Assembly (NCBI GenBank): GCA_003971905.1
Contig: RSEE01000101.1
Coordinates: 186,001-224,969 of the forward strand
Length of the DNA: 38,969 bases
Direction: 5' to 3'
Origin: Moniliella sp. 'wahieum'
Taxonomy: Eukaryota
The first letter of the stretch is position 1. Each line of letters begins with the position of its first letter. Below are positions 35,972 through 38,969 of this stretch, piece by piece. The position numbers were made by a program, and so were the translations under genes. The notes under the pieces are model-generated. The model was given only the letters and a program-made list of their open reading frames with translations, was not told where the DNA came from and made no database searches.

Positions 35972-38969
35972 CTACTCGTCGTCGTCGTACTCGACGCGCA
36001 GGATCTCGGCATCGTCGTCGGTCGACAGGTGGCGGTAGCCGCCGTAGCTGCCGCGCCCACGGCGGATGCGCGTGCCCAGCGCCGGCACCCCTCCAGCCAC
36101 GCCGCCGCATACGCCACCGCACTCCCCACCACGCCCTCCGCCACATACACCGCCTCCCCCACCGCGCCCGCCACCCAGTACGGCACCGACGCCAGTGTCT
36201 GTCCCGCCGTCCAGTCGCGCCGGTCCACCTCGCTGCGCTCCCGCCACGCGCTGGCCCGTCCGGCAGCCGGATGCGCTGCGCCCGCCCGCCTGCGTCCACC
36301 AGTACGCCAGCACCCCGCCACACAGCACCGGCAGCGCCAGCACCGACAGCCACCAGAACAGCCGTGGCCTGCCCACGACGCGCCGCCGCACGAGTGCGCC
36401 GCCCCGCGGTCCAGGCGCTGCCCGCCCTCGCACTGGCTCATGGGCACCTTGCGGTACGCCGTGCGCTCGTACCACATGCCGTCTTTGCTCGCTGCGCACT
36501 GGCCCACCGGGTCCGACACGAGCGCCAGTGTGCCCTCGACCAGCACACCTCGCCCTGCGCGTTGCGCACGTGGTTTACTCGCATTCAAAGTCGTCGGCGG
36601 TGCAGGTGCATTGGTTGGTCATTCGCCTCGTGCTTTGGGTCTTCCAGCGCCTGCTCGCCCACCCAGCATGCGGCCTGCCGCTTCCTCGCCAGTAGTACCG
36701 CACCTGCCCAAACAGACACCGTTCTTCTTCCGCTGCTCCGCGGACGGCGACCACTGCTCAAAGTCACTGTCGACGCCCGGCAGGAACTGACACTGGCGCG
36801 GCTGCAGCGGCGAAAAGTCCAGGTGGACCGCGGTCGTGTGCGCCGAGCTGTAGGGCTGCGTGCCGAGCAAGATGAACCGTTGACGTCGATCGTAGGGCCC
36901 CGTGAGGATGTGCTGGACTTTGAGCGGATCACCAAACACGTGCTCGTGCCAGTGCAAGCCCTCATCCAACGTGTACACCACACGTCCGTCGGCTCCTCGT
37001 CGTTGACCAGCACAATGATCGAGCCGTGGTCACCAAACTCCCATCGATGCGCGCCCTTGCGCACCTCGGTCCAGGTAAAGCCCGCGTCGCGCGTGTAAAA
37101 CGTATCGCTCTCTGCGTACGGCAACAAGCGCCGTCCTACATTGCCCACCCCGACCATCTGGCCCTTGGCCGACGGGACGAGTAGAGCGTGCCCGGCTCGT
37201 CGCGCTCCGTATAGCCGTGCAGATGCAGACTGCACTCGGCGTCTTGGCATGGGTAGGGTTGATGGTCACTGTCCCGGGCCGGGCTGGCGACGGAACCCAG
37301 GTGGCACCATCGTTGTGCGTGATCAACGTCCCGAGCGCTTTCATGCCCCAATCAACGTTTCCGACGGATTGAGCACCTTGTTGACCAGCAATCCATTCAG
37401 GTCCACCATCTTTTCAAAGTCAACGTAGCCCCCGTGTTGCGATTGACATTGTCCAGCGAGAGGGTAAAGTAGGTGCCGTTCCAATTGGATTTGACCGCTG
37501 CCCATCTCGCGGCCGGCGTGGCTTCGGTCGTGACATGCAAAAAGATCGCGCCGGTGGTCGAGTCGAGAGCGGTGTAGGCACTGTGATCGAGCTTCATCCC
37601 GGGCGGGAAGAGGTTTGGGCCCAGGTCTCTCGCCATTGAGAGAGACCATGAGATGCAAGCCCATTGTTTCCCGCACAAACTGAGCTACCACCATGTACCG
37701 ATCAAACTAGCAAACGCCAACGCATCCGTAAAGAGTTGCTTGCGTTTCTTGTACAGGTCTTGGCCCAACACAATGTTGAGCATGTTGCCCACTGTGGCGT
37801 GGTCTGACGACCAGATTGGACCGCTTGCACCTCACACACGATCGTGCGGTCCCCCACGGGCAAGTTGACGTCACGCAAGAACGTACAGGTACGCACATAC
37901 GTATCGAGCAGCTTCCATGACCGTCCATGGTCGGTGGACAGGTGAGCTTCCGCATGGCACGCGCCCGAGAGCGAACTGAGTCCTTCATCCCGTCCAGATG
38001 AGCCAGTCGGGATGGTAGGATGAAAGTCGAGAATCGACGCCGATCGTGTTGGGCTCCAAGGGCGCGCGGAACCACTGCCATGTCTGGCCGCGGTCCGTGT
38101 ATAGTGCACCGCATCCTGTGCCGTGACGAGGTAGACGCGTTCGCGTGCATACGGGTTAGCGATCATGCGCAAAAAGTTAACACTCTTCCCCCCCTCATTC
38201 TCTTCCATCCGCGCCCACGTTCGTCCTTCGTCCGACGACCGGTACACCGACATGTCCTTCAGCAGCAACAGCACGTTTCGACGAGTCGGGCAGCCACATC
38301 GAATCGGCCACCGAGGCCGGCAGCTCCGTCCGACCGACCAGCACTTGTGGAGGCGGAGGCGGCACGTCCTTGCACAGCAACCCGACGCGGCTCGTCCAGT
38401 CGTTCCCCGCCCACGCACGCTGTGCCCGGTACACGGCGGTAGCCACTAGAGATCATCGCGTACCTTGGTCGAACCGCGTTGGCACGCTCCGGGGGGTAGA
38501 GCGGTGCGCCTGGCTCAGCCACACACGTCCCGTCCGCCGAGCGACAAAGCCAAAGTCACATTCAAGTCGTGCGCTTGGCATGCACATGGTCTCTTCCGTG
38601 GCCTACTGGTCGTGGAACTTGTGGCCGACAATGCAGTCGGCATCAGGTTTGCGGCGAAGGTACCATTGCTTGCGTCCGAGCAGACAGCCGTTCTCCCCTG
38701 GCGGTTGGACAACCATTTTTTCCAGGTCGGTGTCTCGGCAGGTACGTTTTCCCCACCGTGGCGAAATCAACAAGATGCTCACCACCTTCTTGCCCTGGAC
38801 GCATTCTTCTTGTTCACCACGACCCATCAGGAGGAACTTTTGCGCCGTGTTGTCCGGGATGTGGGAGGAACTTGATGTCCGCCGTGAGACCCAAGGCGAG
38901 TTGTTCCATTCTTGCGAAGTTCCAACTGTACAGCAGGTGGTCCTCTCGCTTTCGTCTGGCACAAGCACC
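35972..38969 (-). CDS. VPS10: Vacuolar sorting receptor Vps10/Pep1 (sortilin family); 5' part outside window, frameshifted
   Basis: Asp-box repeats ([46 protein letters not shown]); [32 protein letters not shown]; two Cys-rich 10CC modules ([34 protein letters not shown]); a TM helix; acidic cytoplasmic tail. Confidence 0.95.

Noticed and set aside
1..38969. Pseudogene cluster, programmed frameshifting or mobile elements
   Set aside because: Catalytic motifs are intact, the indels lack consistent slippery-site signals, and I saw no transposase, RT, LTR or TIR signatures.

Overview
This is GC-rich, gene-dense eukaryotic DNA from a fungus, most likely a basidiomycete of Ustilaginomycotina type (inferred from compact genes, few short GT-AG introns with CTRAC branch points, and gene families). 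About 12 ordinary housekeeping genes tile the window: a mitochondrial PPR protein (-, runs off the left edge), a classical protein tyrosine phosphatase (+), an uncharacterised fungal protein (-), proteasome ATPase RPT5 (-), an ADP1-like EGF/ABCG half-transporter (+), a kinesin-7 with a long coiled-coil tail (+), a PWWP protein (+), SPT5 (-), a RING-CH membrane E3 ligase (-), a Mug190/tricalbin-like SMP-C2 protein (+), an Opi1-family regulator (-) and VPS10/PEP1 (-, runs off the right edge). Nearly every gene, including essential SPT5, is broken by 1-2 nt frameshifts, mostly deletions in short homopolymers. This is best explained as unpolished long-read consensus error, so gene ends and single-residue claims are approximate. 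I found no mobile element, CRISPR array, rRNA or tRNA, and no convincing new multi-gene system. The best leads are a candidate spliced small ORF or lncRNA in the PWWP-SPT5 gap, a 13-mer shared by two promoters, an EF-hand-like loop inserted in the SMP domain, and two poorly characterised genes.
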